From Oligoflexus sp. (GTDB lineage: Bacteria > Bdellovibrionota_B > Oligoflexia > Oligoflexales > Oligoflexaceae): 19,592 bases of DNA. Shown in pieces: positions 8,524 through 16,480 of this stretch (its first letter is position 1; each line of letters begins with the position of its first letter). The notes beneath the pieces are model-generated. The model was not told where the DNA came from. It made no database searches and worked only from the letters and a program-made list of their open reading frames with translations. The DNA lies in contig JBGSTX010000234.1 in NCBI GenBank assembly GCA_041736305.1, positions 1 through 19,592 on the forward strand. Reading direction: 5' to 3'. The translations under genes were made by a program, and so were the position numbers.

Positions 8524-9797
8524 CAGAAAAAAATGAGATCATGCGTTTGTCCTGGTGGGACTACTACCAACTCTCCAAGGTTTTGGCTGCTGAAATTTCA
8601 CGGCGGCTTCGGCCCGAGACGAAAGTACTGCAAGTAGTTGCTCCGGAGCTTCTCGAAGGTTTGCTTGCGCTCGGAGCAGCAGCTCAACTTGAGCTTACGC
8701 TGCTGTTCGATGAGAAAGCCAGCGCAGAATCCGAGGGCCCTGACACGCTCCGATTCGATAAACACTGGCTGCCACCAGCCGTTTCCTATCAGGGTCTAGA
8801 GTTGTATCCGAGCGGACCGAGCGAGGCTTTGCCGTTCAATTTAGAAAGACTTCGGGTCATTTTTAAAACCTCGGGGTCGACGGGGCAGCCCAAGCGCATA
8901 CTCAAACACGGTTCAGGTCTAGTGGCCGAAACCGAGGTCCTCGCTCGTGTCTATGGACTCGAGGCCGAGGACCACATTGTCGGTCTGGTCCGCCCTTTTC
9001 ATCTCTACGGCTTCCTTCACGCCTTTCTCTTGCCTCTAAAAAAGCGAGCTAAGATCACGCTCTGGCCTGTGACCCAACATCTGCCGAGCGCAGCTCTACC
9101 CACGGCGGATCTCCTCGTGGCTGTACCCTCTCAGTGGAGCTTCGTCGAAGCTATGCTCGAGCAAACGACCGTAAAACGCTTCGTGAGTTCTGGTGCTCCT
9201 TTTGGTTTAGAAAGAGCGGAGCGCCTGCGGAGGCACCCCAAAAGGCCCGTGCATGCCTGGGAAATCATCGGCTCTACGGAAACTGGCGGGCTGGGCACGC
9301 GACGCATCGGCGATCGCGACGATGCTTTTGAATTGCTGGATGGCGTCGAGATCGAAGAATGCGCCATCGATGGAAGCTGGATCCGATCCCCCTTTCTCGA
9401 CCCGGAGGTCTCGGCCTTCACTGCGGATCGCTTCGAACTGATCGATGCAGGCACCTTCCGTCATCTGGGGCGAGCCGATCGCATTTTTAAATATGCCGGA
9501 AAACGCTACTCGCTTACCGAAATCGAAGAGGCTCTCAGTCGTCTATACGACGGGGCTGCGGTCGTTTGTCATTATACTCAGGATTTGAATCGAGCCCAGG
9601 GAGGCACGTTGAAGGCCTGGATCGAAGGCGACCCCGCTCTAGGCAAGCTCGAGAAAGGACAGAACGTGGAAATGAGAACCCGTTTCCTCGCCAGACACAC
9701 TTTGCCTTTTCCACAGCTGCTCCTGCCGATCGAAAAATTTCCCCGTGACGCCCAGGGTAAGGTCCAGCTTGAGCAACTTCTCAAGTTGGCTCGCTGA
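8520..9797 (+). CDS. AMP-binding acyl/aryl-ACP (or CoA) synthetase (ApeH-like)
   Basis: P-loop FKTSGSTGQPK, HLYG, VSSGAP, GSTETGG, TADRF, GRADRIFK..GKR and the catalytic-Lys motif PRDAQGKV. Confidence 0.9.
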   Translation: MTEKNEIMRLSWWDYYQLSKVLAAEISRRLRPETKVLQVVAPELLEGLLALGAAAQLELTLLFDEKASAESEGPDTLRFDKHWLPPAVSYQGLELYPSGPSEALPFNLERLRVIFKTSGSTGQPKRILKHGSGLVAETEVLARVYGLEAEDHIVGLVRPFHLYGFLHAFLLPLKKRAKITLWPVTQHLPSAALPTADLLVAVPSQWSFVEAMLEQTTVKRFVSSGAPFGLERAERLRRHPKRPVHAWEIIGSTETGGLGTRRIGDRDDAFELLDGVEIEECAIDGSWIRSPFLDPEVSAFTADRFELIDAGTFRHLGRADRIFKYAGKRYSLTEIEEALSRLYDGAAVVCHYTQDLNRAQGGTLKAWIEGDPALGKLEKGQNVEMRTRFLARHTLPFPQLLLPIEKFPRDAQGKVQLEQLLKLAR

Positions 9798-9807
9798 AGC
9801 ACCGTGT

Positions 9808-9869
9808 CCCACCAAAAAATTGGGTGGGTATCCCTTGTGAGGCAGTTTTATGAATCCAACTTTGGATTC
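9808..9869. terminator. Two small hairpins between the convergent operons, possibly termination or mRNA-stabilising structures
   Basis: CCCACC/GGTGGG (9808-9813/9823-9828) and GAATCCAA/TTGGATTC (9852-9859/9862-9869). Neither has a clean adjacent U-tract. Confidence 0.4.
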
Positions 9870-10219
9870 TAAAGAATAGGCTTGTTTTCGCGAGAGAAAG
9901 TGAAAATTCCACTCGAAAATATGAGTTTTTCGTGCGAAAGCGTCCAACGCACACTTTCTTCATCCAAGAACTGCAGTTTGATCGTCACCTCTGTGTCGGG
10001 GCGCAGCATAGCCTTGAACTTTACATTGCGAAGGCTGCGGCAGCGAACTCGATCCTTGAGGCAGAGTTCGATCAAATCTTTTACCAGATCAATCTGCGAG
10101 ACAGCAGGTAGCAGAGGAAAGCCTGGGAAATGGCCTTCGAAGCCAGGGTGAGAGGCAGAAAAAAGGTGCTTCGCAGAATATTCTTGGGGGACAGCTTCGT
10201 TAGGCTTTACTTCAATCAA
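9869..10219 (-). CDS. FabA/FabZ-like hotdog dehydratase (ApeI-like)
   Basis: FEGHFPGFPLLPAVSQID and NVKF...RP motifs. TTG start with AAGGAG upstream, overlapping the upstream stop. Confidence 0.88.
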   Translation of the reverse strand: MIEVKPNEAVPQEYSAKHLFSASHPGFEGHFPGFPLLPAVSQIDLVKDLIELCLKDRVRCRSLRNVKFKAMLRPDTEVTIKLQFLDEESVRWTLSHEKLIFSSGIFTFSRENKPIL

Positions 10220-10997
10220 TGTGCTGCTCCTTTTTCGACCGATTCCATTGCAAAACGTCTTCTCCGCTGATGAAGCTCTCGTAGGCTTTGATGAATGCAG
10301 CTTGCAATGCTTTGGAGTCGTGACTCCGGTCTAGGCGGCCCATGATATGGGCTTCGAGGCACACGGGTCCTGGAAGTTTGGGAATGAAGGAACCACGGGT
10401 AAGAAAGCCTTGATTGCAGGTGAAAAAGACCGCTGTAATAGGGATCTGAAGATCAGCTGCGAGTCGGAATGGACCTCTCTTCAATGGTCCCAAATTTCCA
10501 TCCGCACTGCGTGTCCCTTCGGGAAAGAGAACTACGCGATGCCCAGCATGGAGGACTCCGAAGAGTTTTTCATAGGCAGCTACCCCGTCTTCCGGGTGGT
10601 TCGTTCGGAGAGGTATATAGCCGCAGGCTCTTATGATGGGTTGAAGAAGAGGATTTCCCATAAACTTGGCGTTGACCAATGTATATATGTCGGGAAAGTA
10701 GCTGAAAATCAGGACAATGTCGAACATAGAGAGATGATTGGCGAGCAGTAGCTGAGCCCTTGCTCCTTCACCTTTAGTGTGATCGACGAGTCGCATACTA
10801 GCAAAACCACTGATATGGCAATGCCAGCGTACAAAGATAAAAGCGCGATGGGCAATCCCACGGGCTAAAGCCTGCGATGACTCGCGCCAGCGGGAAGGAG
10901 CCATGGCTAGAGGCAAAGCGAGAGGGATAAACAGCATGCAGAGCAGGCCAAATAGCCCGAAGCTGTAGAGGTAAAGTATCCAGCGCCAGAGCATCAT
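10212..10997 (-). CDS. Lysophospholipid (PlsC-family) acyltransferase (ApeD-like)
   Basis: NHLSMFD (HX4D) and FPEGTRS motifs, with an N-terminal TM segment. Confidence 0.92.
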   Translation of the reverse strand: MMLWRWILYLYSFGLFGLLCMLFIPLALPLAMAPSRWRESSQALARGIAHRAFIFVRWHCHISGFASMRLVDHTKGEGARAQLLLANHLSMFDIVLIFSYFPDIYTLVNAKFMGNPLLQPIIRACGYIPLRTNHPEDGVAAYEKLFGVLHAGHRVVLFPEGTRSADGNLGPLKRGPFRLAADLQIPITAVFFTCNQGFLTRGSFIPKLPGPVCLEAHIMGRLDRSHDSKALQAAFIKAYESFISGEDVLQWNRSKKEQHID

Positions 10998-11545
10998 CCC
11001 AGGCGCCTCCTGCCAAGTTCAATGTAGACGCAGGATAGCGCGAAGAGAAAGAGCAGTAAGAGATAAGAGTAGGCGCCGGCGTAGAGAGCCCAGGTTTCTG
11101 TTTCGAAGCCGAAGAGAAATCCAAAAAGAATGAGAGTGTTCAGACTCAAGCCAACTATCCAGATGCGTTTGGCTCGATGCAAGAGATTGAGGAAGGGCGG
11201 TTCCAGCTTGATGAAACGCCGCAGAGGGCCGATCATCGGATTATCATCAGGACGTGAGCTGCTGAGAAATAGATAGAGGACATTGCTCGACATGAGGAAG
11301 GGATAGAGTCGGAGCAGCGAGTCGGCACGTAGAAAGAGGAGAAGGCTCGCTAAGATGGCTGTACTTCCCACTACCCACAAGCGACGATGACCTGACAAAC
11401 TCAGCAATAGATCGCAGGTGAGCAGGAAAAAAAGAGCGAAACCTAGGGGACGCAGATCGCTCCGATCGTGCAGCAGCCAGATCGCGAGAGGATAGAGCCA
11501 GGCTAAGACCCTAAGCAGACTACGGACTTTAAGCTTTGACGGCAC
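10994..11545 (-). CDS. Integral membrane protein, COG4648-like (ApeG-like)
   Basis: Multi-TM protein with LYPL, LRLYPFLM and the C-terminal WALYAGAYSYLL typical of this family. GTG start with GAGGAG. It follows an ACP as in ape clusters. Confidence 0.8.
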   Translation of the reverse strand: MPSKLKVRSLLRVLAWLYPLAIWLLHDRSDLRPLGFALFFLLTCDLLLSLSGHRRLWVVGSTAILASLLLFLRADSLLRLYPFLMSSNVLYLFLSSSRPDDNPMIGPLRRFIKLEPPFLNLLHRAKRIWIVGLSLNTLILFGFLFGFETETWALYAGAYSYLLLLFLFALSCVYIELGRRRLG

Positions 11546-11617
11546 TTGAGCTCTCCTCGCTACCGCGACTCGCTCGGCCCGGCACTGTTTCTGCTCGCTG
11601 CTTTCGGCTTTTAGTTT

Positions 11618-11884
11618 TTAGCTGCTTTTCAGCTGCGGCATATAACGCTCGACCAAAGAATAAATATCAGCCATAGTCTGCACGTTTTTGATGTCTTCAC
11701 CACTAGGCTTCACCTGAAATTCCCGCTGAAAGCGGATGGCCATGTCGATGGCGTCGAGACTGTCGAGACCTAGGTCGTTGAATAGATGGCTCTCAGGCTG
11801 CAGTTGCTGCTCATCAAGCTCGAAAAGATCGACAAAGATTTTGTTAACTTCAGCGCGAATCATCTCAGGATTGTTTGAATACAT
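11618..11884 (-). CDS. Acyl carrier protein (ApeF-like)
   Basis: Acidic 88-aa protein with the DLGLDSLDAIDM phosphopantetheine site. Confidence 0.95.
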   Translation of the reverse strand: MYSNNPEMIRAEVNKIFVDLFELDEQQLQPESHLFNDLGLDSLDAIDMAIRFQREFQVKPSGEDIKNVQTMADIYSLVERYMPQLKSS

Positions 11885-11887
11885 AGC

Positions 11888-13147
11888 CTAGGCGTCCTTT
11901 ATGCTGCGTATGACCAAGGAGGCGTTGACACCACCAAAAGCGAAGCTATTTTTCACGATAGTACCAACGCGGGCTGGCTCTGCCTGGCCGATTAGATGTC
12001 TAATATCACCCTGATCAGGGCTCGCATTTTGAAGATTGAGGGTGGGATAGAGAAGCTGGTCTTCGATCATCCCCATGCATGCGGCAAGTTCTATAGCGCC
12101 CGCCGCACCCATGAGATGTCCGACATGACCCTTCATCGAACTGACAGGAGTCTCTGTACCGAATATATTAGCAATAGCCAAAGATTCAGCGCGATCACCG
12201 GCTGCCGTTCCTGCAGCATGGGCGTTGATATAGTCGATCTGTTCAGGCTTGAGACAGGCATCGTCCAGCGCTCCCTGCATGCAAGTGCTTAGCCCTTCTA
12301 CCGAAGGGTTGGTCATATGAGTCGCATCGTTGTTGGTATAGAAACCACATACTTCAGCATAAATCTTGGCACCTCGTGCTCTGGCGAGTTCGAGATTTTC
12401 CAAAATGAAGGTACCGGCTCCCTCTCCGACGACTATTCCGTCGCGACTAGCGTCGAAGGGACGAGGAGTTGATTGGGGATTAGCGTGAAAACTGGTGCTC
12501 GTTGCGTTGAGTACATCAAAGATAGCGGCCACAGTAGGCGTCAGCTCTTCGGCCCCTCCGCAAATCATGCGATCGGCAACTCCGAGTTTGATCGCTTCAT
12601 AGCCATAGCCAATAGCCTGCGTACTCGAAGCACAGGCGACGCAGCTAGCAACGATGCGGCCAGGGATTCCAAAGCTGATTGCTATGTTTGCGGCGCAGGT
12701 GTGGGGCATCACCTTGAGAAAAGTCGTTGAGACCACGCCTTCGCTCAGAACACCGTTGCGCTGATAGCCGCGAAAATAGTCTTCGATCGTGCTGGTACCA
12801 CCAAATGATGAGCCATACGATATCCCGCTGCGTTCTGTCTGCAGCTCGGCCTGACTCAATCCGGAATCGGCTATAGCCTCTCTCGTCGCGAGCATGGACA
12901 GCATTGCGACTCGACTCATAGTACGGCGCAGCTTCCGGTCGATGGACTGTTCGCTGAAATCGCTGACGATGGCAGCAACGCGCGTATTAATGCCGAGACT
13001 GGGATTTTCCCACTCAGGCATCAGTCTGATTCCAGAGCGGTTGGCGCGAACGCCAGCTAAAAGATCCGCCTTACTTAAACCAAGCGGCGAGAGTATGCCG
13101 ATGCCTGTAATGGCAACCCGGATTCTTTTTTCAGACCGATCCATCAT
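11888..13147 (-). CDS. fabF: Beta-ketoacyl-ACP synthase, FabF-like (ApeR-like)
   Basis: Cys-His-His triad motifs ACASS, YINAHAAGT and KGHVGHLMGAAG, plus PRPFD, GEGAG and NSFAFGG. Confidence 0.93.
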   Translation of the reverse strand: MMDRSEKRIRVAITGIGILSPLGLSKADLLAGVRANRSGIRLMPEWENPSLGINTRVAAIVSDFSEQSIDRKLRRTMSRVAMLSMLATREAIADSGLSQAELQTERSGISYGSSFGGTSTIEDYFRGYQRNGVLSEGVVSTTFLKVMPHTCAANIAISFGIPGRIVASCVACASSTQAIGYGYEAIKLGVADRMICGGAEELTPTVAAIFDVLNATSTSFHANPQSTPRPFDASRDGIVVGEGAGTFILENLELARARGAKIYAEVCGFYTNNDATHMTNPSVEGLSTCMQGALDDACLKPEQIDYINAHAAGTAAGDRAESLAIANIFGTETPVSSMKGHVGHLMGAAGAIELAACMGMIEDQLLYPTLNLQNASPDQGDIRHLIGQAEPARVGTIVKNSFAFGGVNASLVIRSIKDA

Positions 13148-13869
13148 GTGTAGAGTCCTCCATTGACCTGAAGGACGGTACCATTGATGTAAGAAGCATC
13201 GTCGGACGCGAGAAATGCTACGACCTTGGCCACTTCCTCAGGTTTTCCGAAGCGACCCAGAGGAATCATAGGCAGTACTTCGGCCATCGGTACGGAGCTG
13301 CTCATATCAGTTGTAATGAGCCCTGGGCTCACGACGTTGACGAGAATACCCTTGCGTGCCACTTCGCGGGCTAGCGACTTGCTGGCGGCAATCAAGGCCC
13401 CCTTGGCAGCAGCATAATTAGTCTGTCCGCGTTGCCCCGCTTCTCCAGAAACACTGGCCATGCAGATGATCCGACCCCAGCGATTCTCTATCATATGAGG
13501 CAAGAAAGCTTTGTTAAGATAATAGAACGAATTGAGGCTGCTGCTGATGACCGATTCCCAGTCTCGTTCTTCTAGAAAGTAGAAAGGGCTGTCGGCTGTG
13601 CTGGCCGCGTTGTGGACGACCAGATCGAAGCCTCCTTCCTTAGCGAGAGCTAGCTGGACAGCCTGCTGGATAGAATCTTTGTCACAGAGGTCCATAGGAA
13701 AAGCTGTCAGTCCTTCGGGAGCACCGAGCTCGTCGATCAATGCCTGGGCGAGGTCCTCGCGGGTCCGATAAGTAAAGGTCACGCGATACCCACCTCGGCC
13801 CATAAGTTCTCGGACTATGGCGGCTCCAATGCCCCGGCTGCCCCCGCTGACGAACGCTCGTTTACTCAT
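13144..13869 (-). CDS. fabG: 3-oxoacyl-ACP reductase (ApeQ-like)
   Basis: SGGSRGIG, GQTNYAAAK (YxxxK), VNVVSPG and VNGG motifs. Confidence 0.95.
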   Translation of the reverse strand: MSKRAFVSGGSRGIGAAIVRELMGRGGYRVTFTYRTREDLAQALIDELGAPEGLTAFPMDLCDKDSIQQAVQLALAKEGGFDLVVHNAASTADSPFYFLEERDWESVISSSLNSFYYLNKAFLPHMIENRWGRIICMASVSGEAGQRGQTNYAAAKGALIAASKSLAREVARKGILVNVVSPGLITTDMSSSVPMAEVLPMIPLGRFGKPEEVAKVVAFLASDDASYINGTVLQVNGGLYT

Positions 13870-14341
13870 GAATTCCCGCCTCAGCTGATAGAAACGTCAT
13901 TTCACTCCTGGCGAGCAGTAACCCGTCGCCAGCATATATTTCGCCGCTGCAATAGCCGATGGTTTCCATATCGAACTCAAAGCGAATTTTGCTGAGGAGC
14001 TCTTCACCCTCGCTCAGTTGGACCGCCGCTTCTTCAATGTAAAAACTGCGAATGGCGATGAGGAATCCCAAAGGCGGCTTCTCAGTAGGTGGAGCACCAG
14101 TGGCAAGGCCGACGACTCGCGAGATGGCAGCGGCCGCTTGGGCGATTATTTCTAGCAGCCAGTGAGCTTCAAACTGCTGCTTTCGAAAATAGGGCGCTTC
14201 ACTGCGTAAGCGAGTCGAGACTTCGCCGGCCTTCGCTTGGACGTCGCAGGAGATAATCTGGTCCACGAGGCGCATACCCGCCTCGTGAGGGATATAGGGT
14301 CCCGCATCGCAAGGCGGGACAGGATTTACGAGGGTATCCAT
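13862..14341 (-). CDS. Hotdog dehydratase partner subunit (ApeP-like)
   Basis: IPHEAGMRLVD, LEIIAQ and GFLIAIR motifs. Directly precedes the KR as in ape clusters. Confidence 0.85.
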   Translation of the reverse strand: MDTLVNPVPPCDAGPYIPHEAGMRLVDQIISCDVQAKAGEVSTRLRSEAPYFRKQQFEAHWLLEIIAQAAAAISRVVGLATGAPPTEKPPLGFLIAIRSFYIEEAAVQLSEGEELLSKIRFEFDMETIGYCSGEIYAGDGLLLARSEMTFLSAEAGIHE

Positions 14342-15051
14342 GTTGTCACCAGTGCCTGCCTTGTCCGGCTCATGAGCAGGCGTTTCCTCAGCAGCTTACC
14401 GTCTTCGATGAGCCAGGGAATAGAGGCGTTGGAATCTTCTTCTCTGAAGATTCGCCGCCCGGGATCCGCTTCCGCGAAGGTTTCTTCTGCTACTGTCCAG
14501 CGCGATTCGTCGAGAGTCAGGTAGGGGGAGTCGGGTTGCTGCGAACCGAGAATGAGTATTTCAGCTTCTGCATCATCCGTCTGCTTGGACTGGTGTTCAT
14601 GCGCATGAATCACGATGCAGGCTCGTTCGAGACCAGATTCGATGCGTCGGGAGGCCAAATGCAAAGTACTATCGGGGGCCATAAAACCGCCTGAAAAGGC
14701 AAAAGCGGCCTGATGCCAAGCGTGGTTCATGGCGAGATAAGCGACCGACGCATTAAGAACAGAATGCTGAAAATCTTTTGGAGAGACCGGTAGATCGTGT
14801 TCGATTATCGACTGCGTGACCCTTAGCATGGGACCGAGCTCCCCGTAGGTGCTGGTAAAATAGAGGGGCGCTTGCATCTCGCGAGCGTAAACCAGGGCGA
14901 GGGGCTGCGCAGCGGCGACGCGCGCAAAGCTCAGAAGCACAGCTTTTTGCAGGGCTGTCATGCGCCGAAATGCTGAGAGACTTTGCAGAGACTCGGTAGA
15001 ATCGAGGCTCAGGCGACAGCGCTGGGCAGCCCAAAGCTTAACGCTGTTCAC
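14326..15051 (-). CDS. Ketosynthase chain-length factor (ApeC-like)
   Basis: FRRMT..QK, STYGE and VSPKDFQHSVLNA (compare SPxxFxxSVHNA) motifs. No catalytic Cys/His set. GTGA-coupled to the upstream KS. Confidence 0.82.
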   Translation of the reverse strand: MNSVKLWAAQRCRLSLDSTESLQSLSAFRRMTALQKAVLLSFARVAAAQPLALVYAREMQAPLYFTSTYGELGPMLRVTQSIIEHDLPVSPKDFQHSVLNASVAYLAMNHAWHQAAFAFSGGFMAPDSTLHLASRRIESGLERACIVIHAHEHQSKQTDDAEAEILILGSQQPDSPYLTLDESRWTVAEETFAEADPGRRIFREEDSNASIPWLIEDGKLLRKRLLMSRTRQALVTTWIPS

Positions 15052-16181
15052 GACACTCCCTCAAATACAAAGGAGACGTTAGCTCCACCAAATCCAAAGG
15101 AATTGCTTAGGCCAAAATTATTTTTTGATGAATGGGCCTGATCTTCGAGCATAAGACAGCTGATCAGTGCCTCCAAGGCACCGGCCGCACCTAAGGTATG
15201 GCCTGTCAAGCGCTTGCTCGCATGCAGTTGGCGTCCTGTTCCGAATATGGCACTGACGGCAGCTGACTCGGCCTTGTCATTGGCTTCCGTACCCGTGCCG
15301 TGTGGATTGATATAAGAAATTTCCTCGGGATCCAGGCTGGCTTTCAGCAAGGCGCCTCGCATCGTTTCTGCCATCCAGCGTCCGTCTGGGGCAGGCTGTG
15401 TCATATGATAAGCTTCGCTGAGGGCATGATAGGAACATATACGCGTGACTGCGCCGTCTGCTTCTACTTCTGGGCGTCTTTCAATAGCCAGGAAAACCAG
15501 AGCCTCGGCAAGGTTGATTCCCCGCCGTTGCGGCTGAAAAGGCTCGCAAAAACTGTGATCTAAAACCTGCAAGGCTTCGAAGCCAAAAATTGTGAGCAGA
15601 TTGAGAACGTCGGCACCGACGACGATAGCTGCCTCACACATACCGGAACGTACAGAGTCAAAGGCTAAACCCAGGGCTTGCGCCGACGCAGCGCAAGATG
15701 AGCTGAGAGTCCAGTTAGGACCCAGCAAAGAAAATGCGTCGGCTAGTTCGCTCGCAAGACAGGCTTGCTGCATATCGGCCTCTAGCAGCTTTTCAAGGGA
15801 ACTTCCATGTCGCTTTTGTAGCTCAGCAGCCCTAAAAAACCCCCTGATACCAGAGGTTGTAGTTCCAACAAAGAGACCGAGCTTGGATTTTGCGTAGCGA
15901 TTCAGAATGCCGGTCTTTTGATTCAGCTCGCTGAGGAGGATTTTAGCTGCTTCTTGCAAAATGCGGTCAGTATCGAAAGGATCCCCCAGCGAGATCCCTA
16001 GCTCAGCCCAGGGCAGTTCCCCCAGTGGCACGGCGAGCTGATCGGAGAAGCGATGCTCAAAGCTAAGCCCCCTACTTCCCGATAAAAGGGCCTCGCGTAG
16101 GGATCTGTTGCTGCAGCCCAAGGATGTAGCGAAGCTCATGCCGCTTACAACGATGTCTTCACGAGTCGTCACAGCAGTCAC
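15048..16181 (-). CDS. Beta-ketoacyl-ACP synthase (ApeO-like)
   Basis: GTTTSG, SSSCAASA, RRGINL, YINPHGTGT, KRLTGHTLGAAG and SNSFGFGG motifs. Confidence 0.92.
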   Translation of the reverse strand: MTAVTTREDIVVSGMSFATSLGCSNRSLREALLSGSRGLSFEHRFSDQLAVPLGELPWAELGISLGDPFDTDRILQEAAKILLSELNQKTGILNRYAKSKLGLFVGTTTSGIRGFFRAAELQKRHGSSLEKLLEADMQQACLASELADAFSLLGPNWTLSSSCAASAQALGLAFDSVRSGMCEAAIVVGADVLNLLTIFGFEALQVLDHSFCEPFQPQRRGINLAEALVFLAIERRPEVEADGAVTRICSYHALSEAYHMTQPAPDGRWMAETMRGALLKASLDPEEISYINPHGTGTEANDKAESAAVSAIFGTGRQLHASKRLTGHTLGAAGALEALISCLMLEDQAHSSKNNFGLSNSFGFGGANVSFVFEGVS

Positions 16182-16456
16182 CCGGGAACTCGCTGAGAGG
16201 CAATGGCTTCAGCGATGCAGCGAACGTTTTGCAGTACCTTCTTGCCGTTTTCGTCGTTTCTAATTTTAAGGCCATAGCGCTTATCGAGACGAACGACCAA
16301 CTCGAGGACGTCGATTGAGTCGAGGCCGAGTCCGCCATCAAAAAGGGGACTATTTTCGTCGATGGTTTCGAGCGTCAAATCCTGAATGCCCGACACTTCG
16401 ATCAGCAGCTTTTTTACATCATGAATATGTTCATCTAGGATCTGAGTGCTAGTCAT
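16178..16456 (-). CDS. Acyl carrier protein (ApeE-like)
   Basis: PLFDGGLGLDSIDVLEL...RYG motif typical of the first ape ACP. AGGGAG RBS. Confidence 0.95.
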   Translation of the reverse strand: MTSTQILDEHIHDVKKLLIEVSGIQDLTLETIDENSPLFDGGLGLDSIDVLELVVRLDKRYGLKIRNDENGKKVLQNVRCIAEAIASQRVPG

Positions 16457-16480
16457 TCTGCTCCCTACTTGGATCGCTAT

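Noticed and set aside
1618-9869. Active invertible element bounding the + operon
   Set aside because: The best shared boundary word is only AATCCAA (7 nt), and there is no recombinase in the window.
11618-16456. Primary fatty-acid synthesis (fab) operon or flexirubin cluster
   Set aside because: There is no fabD/fabH/plsX or enoyl reductase and no DarA/DarB. The CLF, split dehydratase and export module point to an APE-type cluster.
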